Of a DNA stretch of 34,246 bases, positions 1 through 10,100 are shown one piece after another. This DNA is from Muribaculaceae bacterium (lineage in GTDB: Bacteria > Bacteroidota > Bacteroidia > Bacteroidales > Muribaculaceae). A program made the translations under genes and the position numbers. Each line of letters opens with the position of its first letter. Positions within the stretch are counted from its first letter, which is position 1. The stretch covers positions 13,912-48,157 of the forward strand of contig JBJEDD010000068.1 of NCBI GenBank assembly GCA_051871715.1, read 5' to 3'. Under the pieces are notes generated by a model. The model made no database searches. It was not told where the DNA came from and worked only from the letters and a program-made list of their open reading frames with translations.

Positions 1-8
1 AAAATGCT

Positions 9-16
9 TACCTTTG
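9..16 (+). promoter_or_regulatory. Bacteroidetes sigma-A -7 promoter element (TAnnTTTG) for the XRE gene
   Basis: TACCTTTG at 9-16, 43 nt before the ATG at 60; the -33 element would lie outside the window. Confidence 0.6.
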
Positions 17-59
17 CAAGTGATAAGATTTTGTCGATAAATTACACTTTTGAAGGTTT

Positions 60-395
60 ATGAATGATATATTATCATTTCTTGACGACTATGTTCTCAA
101 CAACAACCCCGATGAGATAGCCAAGGTTATCGCAGCCGATTTCCGTCGTCGTCGCATCGAGAAAGGACTCACTCGCGAGCAAATAGCATCGAAGTCAGCC
201 GTGGCAGTGAGCAATATCGTGCGCTTTGAGCAGAAAGGACTCATATCGCTCAAAAATCTCATCGCTATAGCCATCACCCTAGGCTACAACGCCGAGGTTA
301 AGAGCATCTTTGCTACGCCCAAATACTCGACAATAGAAGAATTAACCCAAATACGCCGTAATGCCGGCAAGAAACGCGCCCACCGCCATGACTAA
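60..395 (+). CDS. XRE/Cro-family helix-turn-helix protein (HipB-like)
   Basis: 111 aa; FRRRRIEKGLTREQIASKSAVAVSNIVRFEQKG matches the HTH_3 pattern; upstream -7 element; basic C-terminus. Confidence 0.8.
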   Translation: MNDILSFLDDYVLNNNPDEIAKVIAADFRRRRIEKGLTREQIASKSAVAVSNIVRFEQKGLISLKNLIAIAITLGYNAEVKSIFATPKYSTIEELTQIRRNAGKKRAHRHD

Positions 396-411
396 GATTG
401 ACCATATATAG

Positions 412-442
412 AGCGGGCGCGGCTTCCACAGCCGCGCCCGCT
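412..442. terminator. GC-rich hairpin between convergent genes (probable terminator)
   Basis: Perfect 13-bp inverted repeat AGCGGGCGCGGCT / AGCCGCGCCCGCT with a 5-nt loop, between the stops at 395 (+) and 467 (-); no strong U tract on either strand. Confidence 0.6.
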
Positions 443-466
443 GTGGTATGGGTGGTAGTTAATCTA

Positions 467-1375
467 TTATTTCACAGCGATTTTGGTAGCAACAGAACCT
501 TGACGACGGATATACAATCCGGGGGTCAAGTCGCCGCTGACTCGCACGCCTTGCAAGTTAAAGAACTCCACGGGAGCATCCTCATCAGCAATGATATCGG
601 TGATACCCGAGGGGTCGTGACGCAGAGCCACGGCAGTGAAATTGAAGGGATTACCACCCTCGGGATTGCCTTGAATCATCAAGCGGTCGGAGTTGAGACG
701 CTCGGCGATATTCTCTGAAATTCCGAGAGCCTGAAGGTCGATAGTAGCGACAGTGGTAGTGCGCTCCACTTGTCCGTCACCACTTTGCGCCCAAATGCCA
801 TCATCGCCCCATGTGGTGCGCACGTTGAGGACATAGTTGGTATTATCACCGTTGTCAGCCGACAGATAAACGTCAAGATAGCGCTGACCTTCGTAGTTGT
901 TAAAAGCTTCCTTAAAGAGCTCGAGGGTATTCCAATTCTCAACCCAGAAATATCCGCCCCAGATAGCGCCGTCGGGCATCACGAAGCCGTCATTGTGGAT
1001 TGAAGCACCGGCGACCTTGAAGTTGGCACCACAGAGTTCGAGACCGGTGGCTTGGAGGGCAGCAAGCATATCCTTGGTGATGTATGCACGATAGGTATAT
1101 GACTCATTGTCACCGAGCCAGCAGAAGCGCGAGCCGGGGAGTTTCTGACCGTCTGACTTAATCTCAATAACGTCGGTGGTATTGACCAAGTCGAGTTGGA
1201 TGAAGTAGCCGACGGCAACATCCTCGAAATTAGAAGCTTCGAAGTAGAGCGGTGTTTCCCAGGAAACAGCCACAGGTTCATCGGTGGTAAAGATGGTCTT
1301 CACCAAGGTCTCTTGAGCGGAGACGGTAGCAGTCATAGCGAAGGCTGCGACGAGAGATGTTAATATTTTTTTCAT
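467..1375 (-). CDS. Secreted protein of unknown family with T9SS-type C-terminal domain (paralog B)
   Basis: Sec signal MKKILTSLVAAFAMTATVSA-Q; tail SGITDIIADEDAPVEFFNLQGVRVSGDLTPGLYIRRQGSVATKIAVK is typical of Bacteroidales T9SS cargo; clear similarity to 1392-2396. Confidence 0.8.
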   Translation of the reverse strand: MKKILTSLVAAFAMTATVSAQETLVKTIFTTDEPVAVSWETPLYFEASNFEDVAVGYFIQLDLVNTTDVIEIKSDGQKLPGSRFCWLGDNESYTYRAYITKDMLAALQATGLELCGANFKVAGASIHNDGFVMPDGAIWGGYFWVENWNTLELFKEAFNNYEGQRYLDVYLSADNGDNTNYVLNVRTTWGDDGIWAQSGDGQVERTTTVATIDLQALGISENIAERLNSDRLMIQGNPEGGNPFNFTAVALRHDPSGITDIIADEDAPVEFFNLQGVRVSGDLTPGLYIRRQGSVATKIAVK

Positions 1376-1391
1376 TGTCGTGATTTTTATG

Positions 1392-2396
1392 TTATTTAAT
1401 CATAATTTTTGATACTGAGTTACCCTGACGGCGGATATACAAGCCGGGGGTGAGGTCGCCGTTGACACGCTGACCTTGGATGTTGAAGTACTCGATGGGA
1501 GCATCCTCATCGGCAACAACAAGGTCCCCAACACCCGATGCCTGATTGACAAGCACAACGGCAGTGATATTGTAGCCTTTGTAGCCATTGTCTTTTTCGG
1601 AATTATATTCTTCACCGTCTGTGGTACCGGGGAAAGATTGAATCATCAGACGGTCGCTATTGAGCTTCTCGGTGATATTGGCTGCTGTGATACCCTGATT
1701 TTGCAAATCAATAGTAGAGAAAGTCGTGTGACGCTCCACTTGTCCGTCGACACCACTTTCAGCCCATATTCCGTCAGAGTTCCAGGTGGTACGCGCATTA
1801 AGCGTATATAGTTCGTTTTCAGGCTCTTGCAATTTAACCTCGAGGTAACGTTGACCGGCATAAGTATCAAACGCCTGTTCAAAAAGTTCAAGAGTCTTCC
1901 ACTCGCCTTTACCTACCCAGAAGTAGCCGCCCCAGATAGCGCCGGCAGGCATTGCGAAACCATCGTTGTAGATAGACACTTCCTCAACATAGAAATCATT
2001 ACCAAAGATTTGAATACCGCCGGCTTTCAACTTATTGAGCATATCCTCAGTGATGTAAGCACGATAGTGATATGTCTCGGCATCGAGTTTGCAGTATAAG
2101 GAGCCGGGCAAACGCTGATTATTCGATTGAATTTCAATGGAGTTAAAGAATTCAGTTTCATCATCATTCTTCAACTTGGCGTTCACAATCTTGATATAGA
2201 TGTAATTGCCTACCGAAGCATCAACGAAGTATTCGGTACCATAATCCACGTGATTCCAATCCTTGATTTGAAATGCCGGGGTTTCTTCGGAAGCCTTAAA
2301 TAATGTCGTAACGAGGTCGCCGGCTGCGCCCTCATAGGCATAAGCAGCGGTAGATACAGCAATTGCTGCAAGTGTTGATAGTAAAAATTTTTTCAT
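1392..2396 (-). CDS. Secreted protein of unknown family with T9SS-type C-terminal domain (paralog A)
   Basis: Signal MKKFLLSTLAAIAVSTAAYA; tail ADEDAPIEYFNIQGQRVNGDLTPGLYIRRQGNSVSKIMIK; shares GAIWGGYFWV, GQRYL, RTTW, DGQVER and LNSDRLMIQ with 467-1375. Confidence 0.8.
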   Translation of the reverse strand: MKKFLLSTLAAIAVSTAAYAYEGAAGDLVTTLFKASEETPAFQIKDWNHVDYGTEYFVDASVGNYIYIKIVNAKLKNDDETEFFNSIEIQSNNQRLPGSLYCKLDAETYHYRAYITEDMLNKLKAGGIQIFGNDFYVEEVSIYNDGFAMPAGAIWGGYFWVGKGEWKTLELFEQAFDTYAGQRYLEVKLQEPENELYTLNARTTWNSDGIWAESGVDGQVERHTTFSTIDLQNQGITAANITEKLNSDRLMIQSFPGTTDGEEYNSEKDNGYKGYNITAVVLVNQASGVGDLVVADEDAPIEYFNIQGQRVNGDLTPGLYIRRQGNSVSKIMIK

Positions 2397-2421
2397 TATG
2401 GTAAGAATTTTGGTTTGTTAG

Positions 2422-2457
2422 TATCGGTCGTCGCCGTTGGTGTGGCGACGACCGATA
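2422..2457 (-). other. Intergenic RNA hairpin (attenuator or mRNA-stabilising stem)
   Basis: Perfect 14-bp stem TATCGGTCGTCGCC / GGCGACGACCGATA with an 8-nt loop, between the GH32 stop and paralog A; no U tract follows it on the - strand. Confidence 0.6.
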
Positions 2458-2471
2458 TGTAATGATATTAA

Positions 2472-4001
2472 TTATTTTGAAGAAACATTTATATTAGAAA
2501 CCGTGATGTCGGCACCGTAGGAATTGATCGACCAGCAATTTTTGGCGACATTGTATATGCGATTGGTGTAGGTGAGGACATCGTTGATATAGAGGGATAC
2601 GACCGAGTTGTCAGTGACAATAACCACGTTGTAGACATTGTCGGCGGGAGTCGGGAATACATACGAGTCGTTGTTGCCGATGAAGCCGTCGCCGCCCTCT
2701 TCTTCGAGGTTAATCTTGCGAATAGTCTCGCTCTCGGGGTTAACCATCAAGGTGTAGTACACCTCAGAGTCGGAGCCGCGAGCCAAGGAGATGCCGAAGC
2801 GGTCATTAGCCGACGAAGCAGTGACAGTGAAAGCGATGCGGTTGCGAGTCATCAGGCGTGGGAAGAGGTGGAAATCGTCGCCCGAGAGGGTAACGTCGGC
2901 GATAGCGGAGCCGGCGCCAAAATAGTTGGCGATAGCGGGCACCTCGGTGGTGTAGAGAGTACCATCGGCATTTTGGCAGAGTTTGTGAGCCACGAGAGCG
3001 CCGCCCCAGTCGAGGTTGCCGGTAGTGGAGTTGCCTGCCTTGGTGGCGCACCAGCCCCAGATGTAGCGGTCAACGCCATTGGAGGCAGTCTTGCCGGCGT
3101 AGAAGCCACGGCCATTGAGGAAGCCCTCGTGAGCGTCGGGCCAGATACCGGCATCGTTGGCGGTGCAAGCCTTGAGCTCATCGATGGTGCGCCCCTTAAA
3201 GTATTGCACGCGGCGGATAGCGTCGTGCTGCTCCGAGTAAACGAGGTACCACCATTCGCCCATTTGGAACAGGTCGGCGCACTCGTAGAAGCGGTCCCAC
3301 ATCATGGTCATGAACACACCGGCAGAGGTCCATTGACGCAAGTCGGTGGAGGTGTACTCGGCGAGCACGCCCTTGCCGTCGCGCTTGGTCGACACCAACA
3401 TATGGAAGAGGTTATCCTCGCCACGGAAGACAAAGGGGTCGCGGAAATCGACATTGCTATACTCGTCGCCACCGGAGATAAGCACCGAGCGGTCCTTGGT
3501 CCAGGTAATAAAGTCGGTAGAAGTGGCGAGCATTACAGCCTCGTTGATGCCGGCAGTGATGGATTGCGAGGGTGAGTGTGCGGTGTAGAAAGTGTAGTAG
3601 ACGCCATCATTGTAGATGGTAGAGCCTGTACCGAGGGCTGCGTCCAACTCCTTCTCAGAGCCACAGGGAACCAACTCGCCGAGCGAGGTATATGAGGCAC
3701 AATCGTCGGTCTCGACGCACCAAATGGGGTGATAGGTGTATGCTTGATTGGGACGGAAGTCCTGGAGGTACATCACCTTGAAGTTATTGTCGACGGGGTC
3801 GTAGAAAGGCATGGGGTCGCCCACATAGCCCACATAAGGCTTGTAGTAGATGTCGGCTTTCTGCTCATCGGCAAAGTCGTAATAATTGGTGGTACCGGGG
3901 AGGTTGCGGTCGGTAATCACCGGCTCTTCGTCGCTGCAGGCAGTGGCGCCGATAGTGACGGCAGCCATCATAGCCAAAGCATATAATTTATTATATTTCA
4001 T
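2472..4001 (-). CDS. GH32 surface lipoprotein, BT1760-like endo-levanase
   Basis: Lipobox ...IGATA-C; GH32 motifs YVGDPMPFYDP (nucleophile variant as in BT1760-type enzymes), FRDPF and FYECAD; C-terminal beta-sandwich; lies downstream of susC/susD/SGBP. Confidence 0.88.
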   Translation of the reverse strand: MKYNKLYALAMMAAVTIGATACSDEEPVITDRNLPGTTNYYDFADEQKADIYYKPYVGYVGDPMPFYDPVDNNFKVMYLQDFRPNQAYTYHPIWCVETDDCASYTSLGELVPCGSEKELDAALGTGSTIYNDGVYYTFYTAHSPSQSITAGINEAVMLATSTDFITWTKDRSVLISGGDEYSNVDFRDPFVFRGEDNLFHMLVSTKRDGKGVLAEYTSTDLRQWTSAGVFMTMMWDRFYECADLFQMGEWWYLVYSEQHDAIRRVQYFKGRTIDELKACTANDAGIWPDAHEGFLNGRGFYAGKTASNGVDRYIWGWCATKAGNSTTGNLDWGGALVAHKLCQNADGTLYTTEVPAIANYFGAGSAIADVTLSGDDFHLFPRLMTRNRIAFTVTASSANDRFGISLARGSDSEVYYTLMVNPESETIRKINLEEEGGDGFIGNNDSYVFPTPADNVYNVVIVTDNSVVSLYINDVLTYTNRIYNVAKNCWSINSYGADITVSNINVSSK

Positions 4002-4020
4002 AATATCAAGGTATTAGCGA

Positions 4021-5394
4021 TTATTGGCAGAGATAGTTGATGGCATTCTTGGTGAGAGTGATGATATTGTCACGGTAGGGGTTGTTAGCACCATTCTTGT
4101 CATACCACTCGTAGGCAGGAGTGCCGATGGTGATAACGCGTCCGGTGGTGTAACCCTTGAGGGCTTCGTAAGGCTCAAACTCGGCGATAGTGACGATATT
4201 GGCATCATAACTGTCGGACGAAGCGAGGGCGGTAGCGCCGGTGCGTTCTTGCCAGCCTGCCATATCATTATAGGGACTCCAGTCGACGTGCCAGCAAAGG
4301 GTGCGACCCGAGTTGGAGCATCCGGCAGCGAGAAGGAGTACGCGGCCGTTGGCATCTGCTGTGAGGCCACTATACAAGGGGTGAGATTCGTGACCGGTGA
4401 TGGTGAAGCCGAGGTCATCAGCCAGGGTGGTGTAACTGTCGCCGCCATACATATCATTGGGGCTCTGTTGGTCGCGAGCGATGCGCCATACGTCGTTGAT
4501 GTAGCGAGCGCCGTCGCGCGAAGCGAGGATAGCACCACCACGCAGCCAGTAGCTATTGAAGATATCGCGAGAATCCCACATCTGCGAGGGCCAATCGGTG
4601 AAATCGAGGTGGCACCACACCATCTTGAAGTCATCGAGTTTCACCTTGTTGTCGATAAGGTCTTGAACGGCTACATAAGTAACATTGGGAACATTCTCAA
4701 TCATCCAGCGATAGGCAGCGGCAGCCTCGACATCGAGCAGGTCGGCAGAAGCCTTGTTGCCGACAAAAGCCTTGGGCTCTTGCGACATATCGTCGGGAAT
4801 AACAGTGACGAGATACTCGACACGAGCGGTGCGCAACTCGGCGACGAACTTCACGGGAGCCGAGAAGTCGATGACACTGCCTGTCTCGGGGGTGACTGTT
4901 GCACCCTCGGTAACCTTGAAAGTGGCTTGCATGGCGGTGATATCAGTGCCCATGGGGACAAATACGGTGATAGTGTGGGCGGAGTTGTCAATCGAGCCTT
5001 CGTAGGAGCCATCGAGAACAAAGGAAAGGAACTCGACATTGTCGTGCTTGACAGTGAGAGTGTAGTCACACTCGACATCACCGTTGACCACGTGGATATT
5101 GCGAGGAATCGAGCCGTTGAAATGAGTGCCGGCGGGATAATCGCAAGTGGCACCGGGGCTGAGAGTGATAGCATCGATAGTGAGGTTGGAGAGGTCGACC
5201 GAAGTAGCGACATAAGCCACAATAGCCTTGCCGGGCTCATCGATAGTACCCTCGTAACCGCTGACGGTGATAGCAGTGATGGCGGTATCGCCGTCGAGGT
5301 CAAGATTGGATTTGTTATCGTCGCTGCAGGCGGCTACGGTTACAGCCATGAGTGCCAGCAGAGCGAAGTATAATGATTTAATGTAAGTTTTCAT
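4021..5394 (-). CDS. Surface glycan-binding lipoprotein (BT1761-like; two Ig-like domains plus DUF4960-like domain)
   Basis: Lipobox ...VTVAA-C; two internally similar beta domains (YEGTID...LSPGAT / YEGSID...VTEGAT); Trp-rich C-terminal domain ending NAINYL; directly after susD. Confidence 0.8.
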   Translation of the reverse strand: MKTYIKSLYFALLALMAVTVAACSDDNKSNLDLDGDTAITAITVSGYEGTIDEPGKAIVAYVATSVDLSNLTIDAITLSPGATCDYPAGTHFNGSIPRNIHVVNGDVECDYTLTVKHDNVEFLSFVLDGSYEGSIDNSAHTITVFVPMGTDITAMQATFKVTEGATVTPETGSVIDFSAPVKFVAELRTARVEYLVTVIPDDMSQEPKAFVGNKASADLLDVEAAAAYRWMIENVPNVTYVAVQDLIDNKVKLDDFKMVWCHLDFTDWPSQMWDSRDIFNSYWLRGGAILASRDGARYINDVWRIARDQQSPNDMYGGDSYTTLADDLGFTITGHESHPLYSGLTADANGRVLLLAAGCSNSGRTLCWHVDWSPYNDMAGWQERTGATALASSDSYDANIVTIAEFEPYEALKGYTTGRVITIGTPAYEWYDKNGANNPYRDNIITLTKNAINYLCQ

Positions 5395-5407
5395 AGGTGA
5401 GAATAGA

Positions 5408-7144
5408 TTACCAGTTGCCGATATTTTGAGTATAATGGCCGTTCGAAGCGCTCATCTGTGCAAATGGGATGGGCAGATATTCGTTTTTGTCGGCAGTGAA
5501 AGAGGCTTGAGAGTAAATCGAGCAGTCGTCGGCTTCCTCGGCATAATATTTATTGAGGACCGAAGCAGCCTCGCCCCAACGAACCAAGTCGAAGAAGCGG
5601 TCGCTCTCCATAGCCAGCTCGACACGACGCTCGCGCTTGACGATGTCGAGAGCCTGATCCTGCGAGTAAGCGCCGGTGTAAGCACGGACATTCATGCGCA
5701 CGCCGTAGAGTGCTTGGTAGTCAGAAATCATAGCGGTGGACTGGCGAGCGCGGTTGCGCAAGGAGTTGACGATATCGATAGCACCGGGGATGTCTTGGTT
5801 GAGTTGGACGAGAGCCTCGGCACGCATCAGCAGCACGTCGGCATAGCGGAGGACGATGCGGTTCATAGGCGAGCCCCACCAAGCGCCTTTGACGAGATAA
5901 CCGCCATCGGGGTCGACATTATGCTTGAGGGTAACATAGTAGCCGTAGAGACCATTTGAGCGGCTCCAGATAGCCGAGCGGTCCATTATATAATTTTTGT
6001 TAAACATATAAGGGGTGCCGGGCATGCCCACGGTGAGGAAGAGGCGCGGGTCGGCGTAGTCGGAGGTCATCTCGTAGTCGCGAGCATTGAAGTTGTCGAC
6101 GGGTAAGCCGTTGTCGTCGGTGCGGAAAGCGTTGACGAGGTTCTGTGAGGGCTTGTAGAAGTCGCAACCGCCATCGGTAACACCGGGGATATTGGGAACA
6201 ATTAAGCCGTAAGCCCAGTTACAGTTACCGTTCTTGGTACCGTCGTTGAATGAGTACTGCATAGCCCAAATAGACTCGGGACCATTCTCATACTCGGGCT
6301 CGGGGCGGAAATTGTTGTGGAAATCGGGCTCGAGAGCGCAACCCGAAGCAAGCATGATAGCGGGGTCGGTGTATTCAACAACCTTGCGCAAGTCGTCCAT
6401 ATCGATGGAAGTCACTTGGTGAGAGTTGACATCATCTTGGTGATAAGCCTTGTAGAGATAAGTCTTGGCAAGGTAAGCGGCAGCGGCGGCGCGGTTGGGG
6501 CGACCAACCTCGTCTTGCTTGTCAGGGAGATTGTTGAAGGCGTATTCAAAGTCGTCGATGATGAGTTGCCAGCCTTGGTCGTTGGTGTACTCTCGGTTGG
6601 AGAGGTTGTTGTAAGCCTCGGGCGAGAGGGAGGGGTCAATGGCAAACGGAATATACTTGTAGAGGCGCTTGAGGAGGAAGTGACCGTGAGCACGGAGGAA
6701 GCGCATCTCGGCGATGCGAGTGTCGCGCAAGGGATAATCCTTGCTATCCATCGATTGGAGCACCTGGAGGGCGGAGTTGGCACGCGAGATACAGTTGTAG
6801 AGGCGCTGCCACATATCCGAGATGTTCCAGTTGGTGGTGCGGATACCCTGCGATACCTCGAGTTGGTGGAATACGTCGCCGTCCTCGGTGCCGTTGCCGC
6901 CCTTGTAAGCGTCGTCGGAACGGACGTCGAAGTTCCACATTGAGAACGAAGAGTTGATATCCTCAGCCGAAATCCACACTGCATAGGCTGAGATGACAAG
7001 GTTGTCGACATATCGGGGGTCGAGGACCTGAGTGCCGTCGAGAATACCTTGCGGTTTGGGGTTATCAAGGAAGTCGTTGCAGCCGGAGGTGGAGAGGAGT
7101 GTGGCGGCTAAAGCAGCGGCATATATGAATTTTTTCATTTTCAT
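5408..7144 (-). CDS. susD: SusD/RagB-family glycan-binding lipoprotein
   Basis: Lipobox ...STSG-C-NDFLD; motifs AEMRFLRA, LRYADVLLMRAEAL, ERRVELAMESDRFFDLVRWG, YLPIP. Confidence 0.95.
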   Translation of the reverse strand: MKMKKFIYAAALAATLLSTSGCNDFLDNPKPQGILDGTQVLDPRYVDNLVISAYAVWISAEDINSSFSMWNFDVRSDDAYKGGNGTEDGDVFHQLEVSQGIRTTNWNISDMWQRLYNCISRANSALQVLQSMDSKDYPLRDTRIAEMRFLRAHGHFLLKRLYKYIPFAIDPSLSPEAYNNLSNREYTNDQGWQLIIDDFEYAFNNLPDKQDEVGRPNRAAAAAYLAKTYLYKAYHQDDVNSHQVTSIDMDDLRKVVEYTDPAIMLASGCALEPDFHNNFRPEPEYENGPESIWAMQYSFNDGTKNGNCNWAYGLIVPNIPGVTDGGCDFYKPSQNLVNAFRTDDNGLPVDNFNARDYEMTSDYADPRLFLTVGMPGTPYMFNKNYIMDRSAIWSRSNGLYGYYVTLKHNVDPDGGYLVKGAWWGSPMNRIVLRYADVLLMRAEALVQLNQDIPGAIDIVNSLRNRARQSTAMISDYQALYGVRMNVRAYTGAYSQDQALDIVKRERRVELAMESDRFFDLVRWGEAASVLNKYYAEEADDCSIYSQASFTADKNEYLPIPFAQMSASNGHYTQNIGNW

Positions 7145-7160
7145 CAGAGATTAAGGTGAA

Positions 7161-10100
7161 TTAGAATGTAGCGTTCAAACCGAAAGTAATGCTTGTGGGG
7201 ATAGGATAGCCGAAGTTGGGGTTCTCGGGGTCAACGCCGGTGAACGACTTGCTGCTAATGGTGAGGACATTCTGAGCGCTGAGGTAGAAGCGGAGGCGCT
7301 GGAGGTGGAGGCGCTCGGTGAAGCGTTCGGGAATTACATAACCAATCTGCACGTTGCGCAGTTTGAGGTAAGAGCCGTTCTCGACGAAGTAGGTAGAGAC
7401 GCGCTTCTCGTTGTTAACATCCGAGCGAGTGAGTGCGGGAATGTCACTGTTGGGATTTTGTGGAGTCCAAGCATCGAGGAGACGCTCACCCTTGTTGAGG
7501 AAGCCGATATTGAGACCCGACCACAGGTCAGTTTCCTTTTTGAGATCGGAGATTACGTCTTGACCTTGAACACCCTGCCAGAACATCGAGAAGTCGACAT
7601 TGCGATATTGCAGATAAATGTTAAAGCCGTAGGAGAAGTCAGGCACGGGGCTGTAAATCCATTGTTGGTCCTTCTCGGTGATGTAACCGTCGCCGTCGAG
7701 GTCGCGCCAACGGATGCGACCGACACCGGCGCCTTCTTGCACGGCGTGGTTGTCAACCTCGTCTTGCGAGCGGAAGATACCGTCAGCGACATAGCCGGCT
7801 TGAGCGCCGTAGGGGTGACCGATTACGCTGTACACGCCATTGCCGCCGAATGTACCGTTGGCAGCCACAGTAGTGGGGATATCAGTGATTTTGTTGGCAT
7901 AAGTCGAGATATTGCCTGTGATTTCATATTCCAAGCCCCAAGAGGTCTTGTTGCGCCAGCCGAGGGTAAGTTCGATACCCTTATTCTCCATCTCGCCGGC
8001 ATTAATCCACTGAGTGGAGCCTTCGCCCATAGCGGCGATGCCAGCCATTTGTACGAGGATGTCGGTAGTTTTCTTGAGGTATAAGTCCAAGGAGCCGTAG
8101 AAGCGGTTGTTGAACATGCTCCAGTCGAGACCGGCATTGTATTGAGTAGTGGTTTCCCACTTGATATCGGGGTTACCGATTTGGTCACGCTTAAAGCCTG
8201 ATTGGAGAGTAGAGCCGCCATTGGTACCGGCGATATCATAGGATGTACCATAAGATTGACCGCCGGACTCGCTGACGCCGTAGTTGGGCACATATATATA
8301 ATAGCGAGCGGTGTTGGAGATTTCCTGGTTACCGGTTTGACCCCAAGAGAGGCGGAGTTTGAGGTCATTGAGCCATGAGCGTGTGTCATTCATGAACGAC
8401 TCGTTGCCGATGCGCCAGCCTGCAGATACTGAGGGGAAGGTGGCATATCGATTGTTGGCACCGAAGCGAGAGGAGCCGTCGCGACGCACGGTCACGCCCA
8501 AGAGGTATCGGCTATCGAAGGAGTAATTGGCTTTGGCGAAGAAAGATACGAGAGAGAAGCCGTCGCCCGAGCCATAAGCCTGTGCAGTACCTACACCGCT
8601 ATCGGGCCACATGAAGTCGGGGTCGAGGACAGAGAATTCGGTTTTGTAAGCCGAGAACCATGAGGAGTTCTCGCGGTTAAGTTCCATACCGGCGAGGGCG
8701 TCGATGTGATGAACGCCGAAGTCGATGTTGTAGTTAGCGACCAAGTTCCACATCCAGCGAGTCCAGTGTTCCTGCTTAGCCTCAACGGCGTTGGTGGAAT
8801 TGGCAACGTTGCCCTCGGTGATAGGATAAGTGAAGATGCGTTGTTGCTTCTGCGCATAGTCGAGACCGAAGGTTGTGCGGACATTGAAGCCCTTGAAGGG
8901 GTTGATATTAACGAAGGCATCACCAAAGAGACGCCAATAGGTGTAGCGATTGTCCTTGTTGCGGACGAGACGAGCGAGAGGGTTCTCGCGGTCGGGATAA
9001 CCGCCGACAGGACCGGCAAATTCACCGGTGGTGGTGTAAACGGGGAGGGAGGGGTTGAATTGAAGGACATTCTCCAAGAAGCCGCCGGGAGCCTGCACCT
9101 CGGTGTTGCGATTGAGCGTAAAGTGCTCGCCGACAGTGACTGCACCATTGACAAGTTTATACTCAGTGTTCATACGAGCCGAGAGGCGCTCGAAGTCGGA
9201 GTACTTGATGATACCGAGGTTTTTGTAATAACCGAGCGAGAAGAAAGCGCTCATGCGGTCGGTAGAGCCACTCACCGAGAGGTTGTAGTTCTGAGTGATA
9301 CCGGTGCGAGTGGTCTCGTCGAGCCAATCGGTATCAGCCGAGGGGGTGATGCCGGCAGCGTCGAGGTACTTGTCCATGGTGATAGAATTGAGGACAGGAT
9401 AACCATTGGCATCATATCCCCAATTGAAGTTGTAACCGAGGCCGTTGGTGTTGGGGTCTTGTCCATCGTTGACATAAGCCTGCCACATGGCTCGACCGTA
9501 ACCTTCGGCATTGAGGACGTTGAGTTGGTGTGTATAGAACTGAGCGGCAATCGAGGCATCGAGGGTTACCTTGAGGTCGCTACCGCGCTTGGTGGTGATG
9601 ATGATAACACCATTGGCGGCACGCGAGCCGTAGATAGAAGCCGAGGCAGCATCCTTGAGGATTTGGATAGACTCGATATCGTTGGGGTTGAGTTCGTGCA
9701 TGCCACTCTTGGTGGGAACACCATCAATAATGTAGAGAGGGTCATTGTTGTTGAGAGTACCGATACCGCGGATACGAACGGTAGCCGAGCCACTGGGATT
9801 ACCCTCGGCACTGATATTCATACCGGGGACACGCCCTTGGAGCGCCTTGATGGGGTTGTTCTCATTTTGGCGAGCAATCTCCTCGACATCGACAGCGGTG
9901 ATAGCACCGGTAACATCGACCTTGCGTTGAGTGGAGTAGCCGACAACGACCAGTTCGTTGAGAGCGGCAGTGCTTTCTTTGAGTAAAATAGTCATCTCGG
10001 GCTGTGCTTTCACGGTAATAGACTCAAAGCCTACATACGAGATAGAGAGGTCGGCACCCTGCGGAACGACGATGGAGAAATTACCATCGAAGTCAGTAGC

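Noticed and set aside
4024-9986. Long plus-strand ORFs (4024-5373, 6317-6943, 7305-8084, 8706-9986)
   Set aside because: Antisense to well-supported SGBP, susD and susC genes; expected from biased codon usage; no recognisable motifs.
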